Shown: in pieces, positions 1 through 10,436 of the stretch
How positions within the stretch are numbered: the stretch's first letter is position 1
How the letters are laid out: the number at the start of each line of letters is the position of its first letter
Source of the DNA: Candidatus Thermosaccharophagus tengchongensis
Lineage (GTDB): Bacteria > Armatimonadota > Fervidibacteria > Fervidibacterales > Thermosaccharophagaceae
Direction: 5' to 3' (one strand)
Length of the DNA stretch: 64,000 bases
NCBI GenBank assembly: GCA_032161105.1
Contig: JAVHTD010000015.1
Translations under genes and position numbers: made by a program
Notes under the pieces: generated by a model
Database searches by the model: none
Seen by the model: only the letters and a program-made list of their open reading frames with translations
What the model was told of the DNA's origin: nothing

Positions 1-62
1 TGCAACCAACATCTAAGACCATGCAAAAGGAAGCCACCATACACCCTTGGTGCCATACAAAC

Positions 63-296
63 CTACTCCCGCCATCAATGGAGGAATTGAGAAGGCGCAT
101 AACGAAGCGAGCATTGGATGCGCCTGAGGAAATTGAAAGGCGCATGAGCAAAGCCGAATTGGAGATGGGGTTTAAAGACGGGTTTGATTTTCAAATCGCC
201 AATGACGACCTGAATGAGGCAGCAAAGGAATTGCGCAAGATATTCATTGCTCATTCTGAAGTGCCACTTCGCTCCGATGCCATTTGCCCAATTTAA
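63..296 (+). pseudogene. gmk: Guanylate kinase C-terminal fragment (5' part missing or replaced)
   Basis: LPPSMEELRRRI...EEIERRM..AELE...FDFQIANDDLNEA matches the Gmk C-terminal LID region; bases 1-62 give no Gmk-like sequence in any + frame. Confidence 0.7.
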
Positions 297-1063
297 CTTG
301 CATCGCTATTGCCATGAAGCTCAGCCTTGACCTCCTCAAGCAGCTTTAAATCCTCATCGCTCAACTTCGCCATCCGGAGCAAATCCGGGCGGCGAAGGAG
401 AGTCCTCTTCAACGCCTCCTTCCTTCGCCACTTCCTTATAGCCTCGTGATCGCCCGAAAGGAGAACGGGTGGCACTTCCCAGCCCCTGAACACTCTCGGG
501 CGAGTGTATTGCGGATGCTCAAGCAAACCGTTGGCGAATGATTCGCTGAGCAATGACTCACGGTTGCCGAGCACGCCGGGAACAAACCTGCTCACCGCGT
601 CTATGATGACCATAGCAGCCGGCTCACCGCCGGAAAGGACATAGTCCCCGATAGAGATCTCATCGGTGGCTAAGTGCTCCCTGACACGCTCATCAACGCC
701 CTCGTAATGCCCGCATATCAGGAAGATGCAGCGGTGCTGGGAGAGCTGCACGGCGACTTTGTGATTGAATGCCCTTCCCTGTGGCGAAAGGAGTATGATT
801 GGGGGCTTACCATACTCTGCGGGCAATTCAGCCAGCACCTTTTCAACCGCATTGAATATTGGCTCCGGCTTCATCACCATCCCGGCACCGCCACCATACG
901 GATAGTCATCAACGACCTTATGTTTGTCCTCGGCATAGTCTCGTATGTTGTGACAGTGCACCTCAACGATGCCCCTTTTAATTGCCTTCCCAAGGAGAGA
1001 GCAATTGAGCGGGCTGTCAAACCATTCGGGGAAAATGGTGAAGACATCAAACCTTATCGGCAT
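293..1063 (-). CDS. trmD: tRNA (guanine37-N1)-methyltransferase
   Basis: [51 protein letters not shown] motifs. Confidence 0.97.
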   Translation of the reverse strand: MPIRFDVFTIFPEWFDSPLNCSLLGKAIKRGIVEVHCHNIRDYAEDKHKVVDDYPYGGGAGMVMKPEPIFNAVEKVLAELPAEYGKPPIILLSPQGRAFNHKVAVQLSQHRCIFLICGHYEGVDERVREHLATDEISIGDYVLSGGEPAAMVIIDAVSRFVPGVLGNRESLLSESFANGLLEHPQYTRPRVFRGWEVPPVLLSGDHEAIRKWRRKEALKRTLLRRPDLLRMAKLSDEDLKLLEEVKAELHGNSDAS

Positions 1064-1877
1064 GCTGCTCTATACCCCTCCGCTCATGGGCGTGAAGTTG
1101 CTCTCGCACCCGCAGGGATTGCAACTGAGCCTGAAAGTGATATTGCCAAAAGCGCGTGAGAAGATGGCTCGCCTCAAATGCAGCATGCTTTAGCGCGCGA
1201 GAATGAACAGCCTCATACAATCCATAGCGTGTCGCCATCAAAATTAACTTGACGGCATCCTCGCTCACAGTTGCATCGCAACCGTATGCATTTGAGCAAG
1301 CCTTGCACACGGCGCCACCATGTTCCATTGAGAAATGCATTTTCCCCGTGCCGACGGCATTCCCACAGCGAACGCACCGCTTTAGCCTCGGCATATAGCC
1401 GAGGTGCATAAGCAGCCTTGCAACAAAAGCCGCAAGCACCATCTCGCAATCTGCGCCCCTGTCGGCAACTCTCAACGCCGAGAGCAAATCATCAAATAGC
1501 CTATCATCTGGCTCTCCGTCGGGGACACTCTTCATTAGCATCTCACAGCACTGTGCGCATGCCGCCATCAAACCGATATCCCTTCTCAGACGCTCAAAGG
1601 AACCGAGTATGCGCACCTGCGTTACGACTTCAAAAGTTTTGCCCTGTGCAAGGAAGTAGCGCCCATGAGTGAAAAGCTGAGTTGCAGGAGCAAGCCTTGT
1701 CAGCGGATTCCTTGAGCCCTTAGCGATGGCGCTCAACTTGCCACGCTGACGAGTGTATAGCGCAAGTATCCTGTCCCTTTCACCGTATGGGATGACCCTC
1801 AGAACTATCGCCTCAACCCAGTATGTCCTCGGAGCCGGGGAACGAAGACGACCGGCTTCAAAATCCGTTGATGGCAT
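1047..1877 (-). CDS. recO: DNA repair protein RecO
   Basis: N-terminal [16 protein letters not shown]...GK..AIAKG OB fold; CxxC...CxxC zinc finger. Confidence 0.93.
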   Translation of the reverse strand: MPSTDFEAGRLRSPAPRTYWVEAIVLRVIPYGERDRILALYTRQRGKLSAIAKGSRNPLTRLAPATQLFTHGRYFLAQGKTFEVVTQVRILGSFERLRRDIGLMAACAQCCEMLMKSVPDGEPDDRLFDDLLSALRVADRGADCEMVLAAFVARLLMHLGYMPRLKRCVRCGNAVGTGKMHFSMEHGGAVCKACSNAYGCDATVSEDAVKLILMATRYGLYEAVHSRALKHAAFEASHLLTRFWQYHFQAQLQSLRVREQLHAHERRGIEQHADKV

Positions 1878-1915
1878 TTATGTCACTCCATTGAACATGC
1901 CTTCGGTGAACAAAG

Positions 1916-3670
1916 TTACAACGCATGCCGGAAAGTTGACCGGCGAATTGCCTTTAAGCGAAGCGTCGGCTTGAGCGAATCCTCAATTGGCGCATCAATG
2001 GTGAAGCAAATGTCAACAGGTTGCCCAACGGAAAACGCTCCCAATGTATGCCCAATGTTGGACCCGATAAACTCAATCCTCTCTCCATGCGATTGCACAG
2101 CAAGCCTGATGCGGTTGCCGGACCCGAGGGGTATGCTATCAATCACCCGTGCACCAAACAATGCAAGCAGCGGCTTCGGATTGCCACACCCGCACGGCTC
2201 TATGAGCAGCATGCTATGTGCAACTTCCTGCGATAGCTCTATCGGGTGAGCCTGTGCATCAATGCGCAGCTTTGGGATTAGATCCTCCTCGGTGAGCCAC
2301 TGCGAAGCGATCTCATTCAACGAGCGCCGCAGGTTGCCTATTTCGGAGGCATGGATTGTGAATCCAGCTGCCATTGAATGCCCACCATACGACGAGAGCA
2401 AATGGCGGCAGGCGCTGAGCGCTGCCGTGACATTAAACCCGGCAATGCTCCTTGCAGAGCCCTTACCAAACTCGTCCTCAATTGCGATGAGAAATGCAGG
2501 GCGATGATACAGCTCAACGATTTTGCTTGCGACAATGCCAATCACGCCCTGATGCCAGCCACGCTTTGCGAGCACAATCACCCTCTCGGAGGTCAAATCA
2601 ACATCCGATTGGATAAGCTCAATTGCCTCCTCAAGCGTGCGCCTTTCCTCATCTTGCCTTTCCCTATTGAGCGATTCAAGCCTCTCAGCGAACATCTCAG
2701 CTTCTGATTCGCTCTCGGTGAGCAACAGCCTCATGGCGTCGCCGGCATCGGAAAGCCTTCCGGCAGCATTCAATCTCGGTGCGATGATGAAAGAGACATG
2801 AGCGCCAGTTATGCGCCTTGAGCGCAATCCGGCGCACTCCATCAACTTGCGCAAGCCAACCCTGCCACGCCTTGAGAGGGCGCTCAGACCATGCCATCCA
2901 AGCACCCTGTTTTCATCAACGAGCGGGACTACATCGGCTATCGTTGCGAGCCCGACAATGTCAAGGCAGAGTTCGTCATCAAGCGGCGCTTGAAAGCCGC
3001 CCACCTCAGAGATGGCGCAAAGGAGCTTAAACGCAACTCCGGTTGCCGAGAGCTCCTTAAACGGGTATTCGCAATCAAGCCTTTTGGGGTTGAGCACAAA
3101 GCATGCCGCCGGCAAGTCCCCTTTTGGCTCGTGATGGTCAACCACGATCGTTTCAATGCCATGCCTCCTTGCAAGCTCAATTTCCCCGTGCGCCGTTGTG
3201 CCACAATCGCAAGTGAGCATCAAACTGACATTGACCCTGCGAGCCGATTTTATGCCACGCTTGCTCACACCGTATCCATCCACAAACCTGTTCGGGATGA
3301 ACCAATAGACCTTCGCACCCCATTGGCTCAACTTCCTTGCAAGCATTGCAGCAGCGCACACACCATCGGCATCATAATCGCCGTGAACAAGGATACCTTC
3401 TCTGTTCCGTATAGCTTCCACTATGCGCTTGGCAGCCCCCTCCATGCCAGCCATCATGAATGGGTCATGAAGCCTTTCAATGGGTGGCTTTATGAAATCC
3501 ATCGCCGATGACGGCTCTGAGAAACCGCGGGAGGAGAGTATCCGTGCCAGAAGCCTCGGCAAACCGAGTCTGACCGACAGATGCTCAACATCGGCTTCAT
3601 CCACCGGACTCACTTCCCAGCGCGCCTCCATAGTCACATCGTCGGGGACAGCATATGCCATTAAAGCCAC
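1916..3670 (-). CDS. recJ: Single-stranded-DNA-specific exonuclease RecJ
   Basis: GDYDADG, PNRFVDGYG, TCDCG, DHH, TIADVVPL..ENR, PRLNAAGR, GSARS, GGHSMAAG. Confidence 0.96.
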   Translation of the reverse strand: MALMAYAVPDDVTMEARWEVSPVDEADVEHLSVRLGLPRLLARILSSRGFSEPSSAMDFIKPPIERLHDPFMMAGMEGAAKRIVEAIRNREGILVHGDYDADGVCAAAMLARKLSQWGAKVYWFIPNRFVDGYGVSKRGIKSARRVNVSLMLTCDCGTTAHGEIELARRHGIETIVVDHHEPKGDLPAACFVLNPKRLDCEYPFKELSATGVAFKLLCAISEVGGFQAPLDDELCLDIVGLATIADVVPLVDENRVLGWHGLSALSRRGRVGLRKLMECAGLRSRRITGAHVSFIIAPRLNAAGRLSDAGDAMRLLLTESESEAEMFAERLESLNRERQDEERRTLEEAIELIQSDVDLTSERVIVLAKRGWHQGVIGIVASKIVELYHRPAFLIAIEDEFGKGSARSIAGFNVTAALSACRHLLSSYGGHSMAAGFTIHASEIGNLRRSLNEIASQWLTEEDLIPKLRIDAQAHPIELSQEVAHSMLLIEPCGCGNPKPLLALFGARVIDSIPLGSGNRIRLAVQSHGERIEFIGSNIGHTLGAFSVGQPVDICFTIDAPIEDSLKPTLRLKAIRRSTFRHAL

Positions 3671-3671
3671 C

Positions 3672-5282
3672 TCACTTTAACTCCCTGACAAGCAGCCTCT
3701 TCAGGCTTATGGAACCATGACCGACAAACTCAATTGACAACAAATGCCACCATGCTCCTCCAATCGTCACGCGGAAGCGCAGGCAATGCATTTGACCATT
3801 TGGCTGCACTGCCACCGCGTTTGGGATGCCATCAATAGAGACTGCCGCCTTGACATCAACCCCATCCACGAGCAGCTCACATTCAAACGAACCCTCAGGC
3901 AACCACACGGGTATGGCAATGCGACACGGCTGGCTGAAACTGAGCTTATGGAGGGGCGCAATCAAAACGGATGAAACATCGCCATCGTCCGATAGGACAA
4001 AAGCGCAACGGGTGTCAAATCCCATCCCGGAAGCCATTGCCTTCCTCACCTGAGCATCAATGGCTTTGAGCAGAAACTTAACATCCTCACCCTCACTTTG
4101 CCTCATTGCAGCGCCGAGCAACTCCGCCGAGTAAAGCCTTTCGGCAAACTCAATCATGCCAAGGAACGAGCTCATGTCCATCTGCCGCAGCCTTTTCCCT
4201 TCCATTGTTGAACTGAGCAAAGCAAACCAGTTGAGCATGTCATTGGTGAAGTGCGTCTCCACATATGATTGCAACTGCGCCTTGAGCTGCTCAACATCAA
4301 CATCCTCCGGCAAATTCAAAGAGCCGTCGGTGAGCATCTCAAGGAGCCATATTGCATTCAATCGCTCGCTCACCATCCCTCCGGAATACCTTTCATGTCC
4401 ACCCTCAAATGGACCGAATGGCGGAAACGCGTGATGCCCATATTCATGTGCTGCCTCAATGAACCAATTTGCAAGCCCCCTCCCCGGCTTGACACCGCGC
4501 CAAAATATGTGCCCAGACTTGCTAACTGCCACCGGCTCGCCCTCATCGCTTATCCACACATTCAGTGGCTGAACCTCAACTGGCAGTGCGCCAATGCGAG
4601 AGCAGCTGCAACACATCGTCATAGAGAGCGAGAGAGCCAGCAATGATGCATCCTTTGTCCAATCAACACTGCCACGAGTTAAACTCGGCGTCTTGAAGTG
4701 AATTCTGAGGGCAGCTTTCCAATTCCCTTCATCAATGCGCCTATACACAACCAGCATCTGATTGTAGCGGTCAAGGAATTCGGGTGCACGCCAATTCAAC
4801 AGCGGAGTGAAGCAAGGTATGGGGATGAACATGGCAGCGCATCGTTTATCGTTAGCCGGCGCCGAAACTTCAACGGGGCGTATACCCAACAGCTTCAGCA
4901 CCTCCGAGTTGATATGAAGCGGCAGCCATGCAGCGTTAAGCCTCGGAGAACCACCGCGAAGCTTCGCAGCCGTTCGGTAATGTTCAAGCGCCTCGTCAAG
5001 CCTGCCCAATCCGGCTAAGCCGTATGCGAGCCATTCATGCGGATGCGCCTCATCAGGATACATTTGGACTGCACGCTGCGCAAATTCAACTCCGGAGCGA
5101 AAATCCGATTTCACAGCCATGGCGTAAATTGCCGTTTGCAACAGCGCTTCACGGTCAACAACGGCAGCAACACAAGTGTGAGTGTAAAAGGAAAAGCACA
5201 AGCCCATCGCGATGGTAAGGCGAAGCGCAAACCGAAATGCCATCGCCATAAAATTCCAGCGGCGCCGCATCGGCATCACCAT
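3672..5282 (-). CDS. Secreted TPR-containing protein with HExxH zinc-metallopeptidase-like motif
   Basis: Signal-peptide-like N-terminus; TPR-like segment (AVQMYPDEAHPHEWLAYGLAGLGRLDEALEHYRTA); EAAHEYGH; start placed at the TGATG overlap with the upstream stop. Confidence 0.6.
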   Translation of the reverse strand: MVMPMRRRWNFMAMAFRFALRLTIAMGLCFSFYTHTCVAAVVDREALLQTAIYAMAVKSDFRSGVEFAQRAVQMYPDEAHPHEWLAYGLAGLGRLDEALEHYRTAAKLRGGSPRLNAAWLPLHINSEVLKLLGIRPVEVSAPANDKRCAAMFIPIPCFTPLLNWRAPEFLDRYNQMLVVYRRIDEGNWKAALRIHFKTPSLTRGSVDWTKDASLLALSLSMTMCCSCSRIGALPVEVQPLNVWISDEGEPVAVSKSGHIFWRGVKPGRGLANWFIEAAHEYGHHAFPPFGPFEGGHERYSGGMVSERLNAIWLLEMLTDGSLNLPEDVDVEQLKAQLQSYVETHFTNDMLNWFALLSSTMEGKRLRQMDMSSFLGMIEFAERLYSAELLGAAMRQSEGEDVKFLLKAIDAQVRKAMASGMGFDTRCAFVLSDDGDVSSVLIAPLHKLSFSQPCRIAIPVWLPEGSFECELLVDGVDVKAAVSIDGIPNAVAVQPNGQMHCLRFRVTIGGAWWHLLSIEFVGHGSISLKRLLVRELK

Positions 5283-6226
5283 CAATGACACTTGAGGGAA
5301 GTTATTGAGGCTGCAAGCTCCCCCATCATGTGCGGCGGCGCAATTAAAAGCGACATGAGAAGACGGTTTGTTTCGCTGCACTCCCAGAGCAGCCCGCTGA
5401 GCTTTGGCATCGGTCCTCGCTTTGTGATTTGACGGATGATGAGCTGCAGCGTCCCCAAAGGTGATCTCGCTTTGCCATCAAGCTCCACGCAATCATGCCC
5501 ATTGAACTTGCCACGCCTATATACGATGTCAAACTTGCGCAAGTGTTCTCTGAGCACCTGCGCAGCCCACTTTTCAAGCGTCATCCCCTTGAGCAGAATG
5601 TTTGCCGCACTCCACCTGGTGACCTCAAATGAAACCTCATCACCGTGCTTGAACAGCAGCCTGACAAAGCCGGCTTCAACCTTGTGCTCACGGAGCATCA
5701 TATAGGATGGCACTTTGAAGTTGAGCCCAAAAAGCTCCCAGTCATCCCAATCGCCACTGCTGTGGTCGGAGATGCTCACGAATATCCTCTTTGCGAGCTC
5801 TTTCATGCGCTCGCCCCTTGAGCCAATAACTTGAGCTTTGAGCAACTTGCCGCACTTGTCGCACCACCAGAGCATTCCCTCACCGACATAATCGCCCACC
5901 CAGCTGAATGTGAGCACATCCCTGCCACGAACTTGATGTCTCCCGATGAGTTTCGTATCAACGCTGTGAGTGAACTCCTTGCCCCTCTTCTTGAACTCCT
6001 TAGCCATGCGCGAGAAATAAGCCTGAGCTTGCTCTTTAAGGCTGATGGCTTGACCGGCTGCCATAACTACCCATTCCAACTCAAAACGCATCATCTCGTC
6101 GTCATCTGCCCTCATGTAGCCATCGTTTCGCGAGATGCGCAACTTGGCTACATGCCACTCGCTCGGGATGAGCACGCTCACACCTTGCCATGCGATGCGC
6201 TGCCATCCTTCATGCGCGGATTCCAT
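5282..6226 (-). CDS. Conserved hypothetical protein
   Basis: Long ORF with RBS AGGAG before ATG 6226; two similar halves (WQGVSVLIPSEW / LFGLNFKVPSYM, each followed later by W-x-C). Confidence 0.7.
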   Translation of the reverse strand: MESAHEGWQRIAWQGVSVLIPSEWHVAKLRISRNDGYMRADDDEMMRFELEWVVMAAGQAISLKEQAQAYFSRMAKEFKKRGKEFTHSVDTKLIGRHQVRGRDVLTFSWVGDYVGEGMLWWCDKCGKLLKAQVIGSRGERMKELAKRIFVSISDHSSGDWDDWELFGLNFKVPSYMMLREHKVEAGFVRLLFKHGDEVSFEVTRWSAANILLKGMTLEKWAAQVLREHLRKFDIVYRRGKFNGHDCVELDGKARSPLGTLQLIIRQITKRGPMPKLSGLLWECSETNRLLMSLLIAPPHMMGELAASITSLKCH

Positions 6227-6254
6227 ACTCCTTTCTCCCCTTGACAGCTTGGGC

Positions 6255-7379
6255 TCAGAAGGTGAGCTTGCTTCGGCGCATCGCCACGCTTTGGCAAATG
6301 CCGATTGCCATACAGGTTGAAATGAGGTTGCTGCCACCGTAGCTCATCAATGGCAATGGTATGCCAGTTATGGGCATTAGGCGGAGACACATGCCTATGT
6401 TCACAACGATGTGAATTAGGAGCATGAAGAGGACGCCGCCGACAAGCAGCACACCAATTTCGTGCTCCGTGCTGCGCATCAAAATAAGCATGCGATTGAG
6501 AAGAGCAATATATAGGACGATGACGAACACGCTCCCAACAAAGCCCAACTCTTCAGCGAGTGTGACGAAAATGAAGTCGGTGTGCCCAGCCGGAACGAAC
6601 TTCAGTTTGCTCATCTTGCCGTTGAAGAGCCCTTTTCCAGCGAACCCGCCCGAGCCTATCGCAGTTTGAGCCTGTATAATGTGGTAGCCGGATTTTAAAG
6701 GGTCTGCGTATGGGTTAATGAAGGCTATCAGGCGGCGCTTCTGGTAATCCTTGACCAAGCCAACATGCCATCCAACTGCAAACAGAATAATGCTTGCGAG
6801 CACAATTGCCATGATGTGCTTAGCTGTAGCTCCGGCAAGCCAAAGCAATCCGAGCCACACGCCCATGATGACAATGGCTGTGCCAAGGTCTGGTTGTAGT
6901 AGCACAAGCAAAATCGGGATTGAAACATGCACCGCTGTGCGCAGAATGAGCTTTGCCGAAATTGGTTGCTCCCTGCAGCCCGAAAGCATAGCCGAGAGCG
7001 TTATGATACACGCCGTCTTGAAAAACTCCGATGGCTGAAGCGATAGCGGACCGAGCCTTATCCACCGCTGCGCACCACCAATCTCCTTCCCAACGGCGAG
7101 TGCAACTATCAGCATGAGGATGGAGAACACATAAATCCAGATGCTGAATTTGATCAACCGCTGGAAGTTGATCGCAGCCATGCCGAACATTACCGCCAGC
7201 CCTATAACCATGAAAACAGCTTGGCGCTTGACATAGCCTGACAGGACAACACCGTTGCTGCAAGTTGCGCTCGCTAAGGTGAGCAAGCCAATCACCATCA
7301 GCACAAGTATGAGCACAAGCATCACATAGTCAAAGTTGCGAATCTGCCTCCTGCCAATCACAGCCACAGCCCCCGTCAA
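6255..7379 (-). CDS. rodA: Rod shape-determining protein RodA (SEDS glycosyltransferase)
   Basis: GAQRWI, QPSEF, LQPDLGT, GYHIIQA..AIGSGG, HTDFIF..LAEELG, GIPLPLMSYGGS. Confidence 0.92.
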   Translation of the reverse strand: MTGAVAVIGRRQIRNFDYVMLVLILVLMVIGLLTLASATCSNGVVLSGYVKRQAVFMVIGLAVMFGMAAINFQRLIKFSIWIYVFSILMLIVALAVGKEIGGAQRWIRLGPLSLQPSEFFKTACIITLSAMLSGCREQPISAKLILRTAVHVSIPILLVLLQPDLGTAIVIMGVWLGLLWLAGATAKHIMAIVLASIILFAVGWHVGLVKDYQKRRLIAFINPYADPLKSGYHIIQAQTAIGSGGFAGKGLFNGKMSKLKFVPAGHTDFIFVTLAEELGFVGSVFVIVLYIALLNRMLILMRSTEHEIGVLLVGGVLFMLLIHIVVNIGMCLRLMPITGIPLPLMSYGGSNLISTCMAIGICQSVAMRRSKLTF

Positions 7380-7426
7380 GCGCGCAGATTGCGCTCTGGC
7401 AAGCTATCACCATACCACTATGACTA

Positions 7427-8791
7427 TCATCGGTTGAGCATCGGCAGGCTACTTAATGCCTCTTTGACCCGTTCCGGGGAGAAGATGGCATCCTCCATCC
7501 TGCCGCTTAAATACTCCTCGTATGCTGAGAGGTCAAAGTAGCCATGCCCGCTGAAGTTGAACGCTATCACCTTCTCCTCGCCGGTCTCCCTGCACTTCAA
7601 CGCCTCATCAATCACCGCCCTAATGGCATGGGCAGTTTCGGGTGCTGGCACGATCCCTTCAACTCGCGCGAATGTCACTGCAGCATCAAATACAGCTCTC
7701 TGCGGATACGCAATCGCTTCAATGACGCCCTTATCATACAGCAAGCTGACAAGCGGTGCCATGCCATGATAGCGCAAACCGCCGGCATGTATCCTCGGTG
7801 GGATGAAGTTATGCCCGAGGGTGTGCATTTTGATGAGCGGCGTCATCCTCGCCGTATCTCCAAAGTCGTATGTGTAGATGCCATGCGTCAATGATGGGCA
7901 TGCGAGCGGCTCAACAGCGATTATTCGTATATGCCTTTTGCCATCAAGCTTATCCGGCACGAACGGGAAGACGAAGCCAGCGAAGTTGCTCCCACCGCCA
8001 ACGCATCCGATGAGCACATCGGGATACTCGCCGATCATCTCAAACTGCTTCTTGGTTTCGAGCCCAACTATTGTCTGGTGGAGCAGAACATGATTTAGCA
8101 CGCTCCCGAGTGAATATTTCGTATCCTCGTGAGTTGCAGCATCCTCCACAGCTTCGCTTATCGCTATTCCGAGGCTTCCCGGTGAATCCGGGTCTTGTGT
8201 CAGCACGCTTCTTCCCGCATTTGTTCTGTCCGTTGGGCTTGGCAGGACTTCGGCGCCCCAAATGTTCATCAGCACCTTGCGATACGGCTTCTGTTCATAA
8301 CTAACCCGCACCATGTAGACGGTGCACTTCAATCCAAACAGGTTGCACGCAAAGGCAAGGGCGCTTCCCCACTGCCCAGCACCTGTCTCGGTCGTCAACC
8401 GCTTAACGCCCTCATGCTTGTTGTAATAAGCCTGTGCTACGGCGGTGTTTGGCTTATGGCTTCCGGGCGGGCTGAGGCTCTCGTTCTTGTAGTAAATTTT
8501 CGCCGGCGTCTGAAGATACCTTTCAAGCCGCCTTGCACGAATTAATGGTGTCGGGCGCCAAAGTGAAAGGATGTCAAGAACTTCTTCGGGGATGGGTATC
8601 CAACGCTCGCTGCTCACCTCCTGTTCAATCAGCGCAGCCGGAAAGATGGGGGCAAGGTCATCCGGCGATATCGGTTGCAATGTTGCCGGGTGAATGACCG
8701 GCGGTGGTGGCTCATCTAAATCAGCTTGAATGTTATACCAGTGCCTCGGTAACTCGGCTTGTGGCAGCACGACTTTCCATCCCGCGCCCAT
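7427..8791 (-). CDS. trpB2: TrpB2-type tryptophan synthase beta-like PLP enzyme
   Basis: [37 protein letters not shown]; long TrpB2-type N-terminus; no trpA nearby. Confidence 0.93.
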   Translation of the reverse strand: MGAGWKVVLPQAELPRHWYNIQADLDEPPPPVIHPATLQPISPDDLAPIFPAALIEQEVSSERWIPIPEEVLDILSLWRPTPLIRARRLERYLQTPAKIYYKNESLSPPGSHKPNTAVAQAYYNKHEGVKRLTTETGAGQWGSALAFACNLFGLKCTVYMVRVSYEQKPYRKVLMNIWGAEVLPSPTDRTNAGRSVLTQDPDSPGSLGIAISEAVEDAATHEDTKYSLGSVLNHVLLHQTIVGLETKKQFEMIGEYPDVLIGCVGGGSNFAGFVFPFVPDKLDGKRHIRIIAVEPLACPSLTHGIYTYDFGDTARMTPLIKMHTLGHNFIPPRIHAGGLRYHGMAPLVSLLYDKGVIEAIAYPQRAVFDAAVTFARVEGIVPAPETAHAIRAVIDEALKCRETGEEKVIAFNFSGHGYFDLSAYEEYLSGRMEDAIFSPERVKEALSSLPMLNR

Positions 8792-8922
8792 AGCAGGCTC
8801 ACCTCGCGTGAAGAATTAACCCCTTAAGTGATGCCATCATGTCTCATCTTGTCAGGTTGATGGGGGAATCAATTCACTCACATTGTGGCGCATTAACTGA
8901 CATGCAGATCAAAGCAACTACG

Positions 8923-10230
8923 CTACTGCATGTATTGGAGTCGTTTCCCTATCGTCTTTGCGGGCACGGCTCTCAAGAAGCCATCCACATCCAAGCCGTG
9001 CAACAGCGGGTGTTCCTTTAAGCGCCTAATGGCAGCATCAGCAATCTGTTTAACTCGCTGTCGCGAGAGATTTAGCCTTTTGCCTATGTCCTCATATGTG
9101 TGCATGCGCCCATCCTCAAGACCATACCGCAGCCTTATAACCATCCTTTGATTGTCGGGCAAGTCAAGCAGAGCATTCTCAATTCGCTCGCGGTTGCGAG
9201 ACTTAATAGCGATTTCCTCGGGGCCGGGAACATACTCATCCTCAACGGCATCGGCAAGCGTCATCTTTTCCTCAGCGTCAACTGGCTCATCAAGCGATGT
9301 GACCTGATGCGGGTAAGTTAAAAGCTGTTCAACGACTTCTTTCGGCAAGCGCATCTTCCTTGCGAGCTCGTCTGATGTGGGCTCCCTGCCGAGCTCTTGA
9401 GTGAGCATATCTCTGATCTTACTCAGGCGGTGTATTTGCTCCGAGACCCTTGTAGGCAGCTTGACCAATTGCGCCTGTGCTTGTATTGCCCTTATCACGG
9501 CTTGCCTTATCCACAAAGTGGCACATGTGCTGAACCGACAGCCCTTGCGCCAATCAAATTTGTCAACTGCTTGTATCAAGCCTATGTTCCCCTCTTGGAT
9601 CAGGTCACTCAATGGGACACCGTAGCCCCTATACCTCCTCGCTATGCTTACGACCAAGCGCAAGTTTGATTCAATGAGTATCTCCCTCGCCTCTTCGCCG
9701 TCTCGTATCACTGCGCAGAGTTCGCATTCGCGCTCCGGTGTTAAACTGCCCTCCGCCTTTAGCTGGCTCAATTCCATGAGTGCCTGCTTCATGCTGTCTA
9801 TGCGTTTGGCGAGCTCGACCTCCTGCTCCTTTGTGAGCAATGGGCGCTTGCGCAATTCCTTTGCCCATGCTGCCATTGGGTCTTCAACTGCTGCACTTCT
9901 TGATCGCTCGTAGAACATCTCAATTGTCCACGCCTCGTCAACCCCTTCAACGCTGTGCAACTCACCCTCGGTGAATTGCTCCTCTGAAAGACCATTCAAA
10001 AGCGCCGGCACGAAGTCAACATAACCTCTTGCCCTTGAGCGCCCAAAGCGCCTTTTGCGCCTGCTTTGACGAACGCCTATACGTGGTGGCTTGTGGCGTC
10101 CCTTGTAGGTGGTGCTGTGTGGGGATGTCTTTACTGTGGGAACCTCACAAGATAACCCGCCTCGCCTTACCTCACTTCTGGTCTTCTTTCCTTTAACAGC
10201 AATTTTGTGCTGCCCTTTTACACGAGGCAT
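8923..10230 (-). CDS. Sigma-70 family RNA polymerase sigma factor (RpoD/RpoS-like, divergent)
   Basis: Region 1.2 (PLLTKEQEVELAKRI), 2.1 NLRLVVSIARRY, 2.2 DLIQEGNIGL..AVDKFD, region 3 LGREPT, region 4 HTH. Confidence 0.92.
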   Translation of the reverse strand: MPRVKGQHKIAVKGKKTRSEVRRGGLSCEVPTVKTSPHSTTYKGRHKPPRIGVRQSRRKRRFGRSRARGYVDFVPALLNGLSEEQFTEGELHSVEGVDEAWTIEMFYERSRSAAVEDPMAAWAKELRKRPLLTKEQEVELAKRIDSMKQALMELSQLKAEGSLTPERECELCAVIRDGEEAREILIESNLRLVVSIARRYRGYGVPLSDLIQEGNIGLIQAVDKFDWRKGCRFSTCATLWIRQAVIRAIQAQAQLVKLPTRVSEQIHRLSKIRDMLTQELGREPTSDELARKMRLPKEVVEQLLTYPHQVTSLDEPVDAEEKMTLADAVEDEYVPGPEEIAIKSRNRERIENALLDLPDNQRMVIRLRYGLEDGRMHTYEDIGKRLNLSRQRVKQIADAAIRRLKEHPLLHGLDVDGFLRAVPAKTIGKRLQYMQ

Positions 10231-10290
10231 TTACACCGCCCTCTAAGGTTTAACAGCGACTTTGAGCTTACGGAAACATTTTTCACCATT

Positions 10291-10318
10291 AGTATAACGC
10301 TTTCGGCGCCGATGTAAA
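10291..10318 (-). promoter_or_regulatory. Putative sigma70 promoter of the sigma factor gene
   Basis: Minus strand TTTACA-16 nt-TATACT about 60 nt upstream of the ATG; spacer contains the palindrome TCGGCGCCGA (10303-10312). Confidence 0.5.
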
Positions 10319-10436
10319 AATGGCACAAACCTTGGCGCGCACCATGAACACGGTCGCATCCATTTTAAACTTCGCCATCGTTTTCACTCGTCGTGACAGC
10401 GCCTTATCTAACTTATGGTGTCATTCAACGCGCCGC

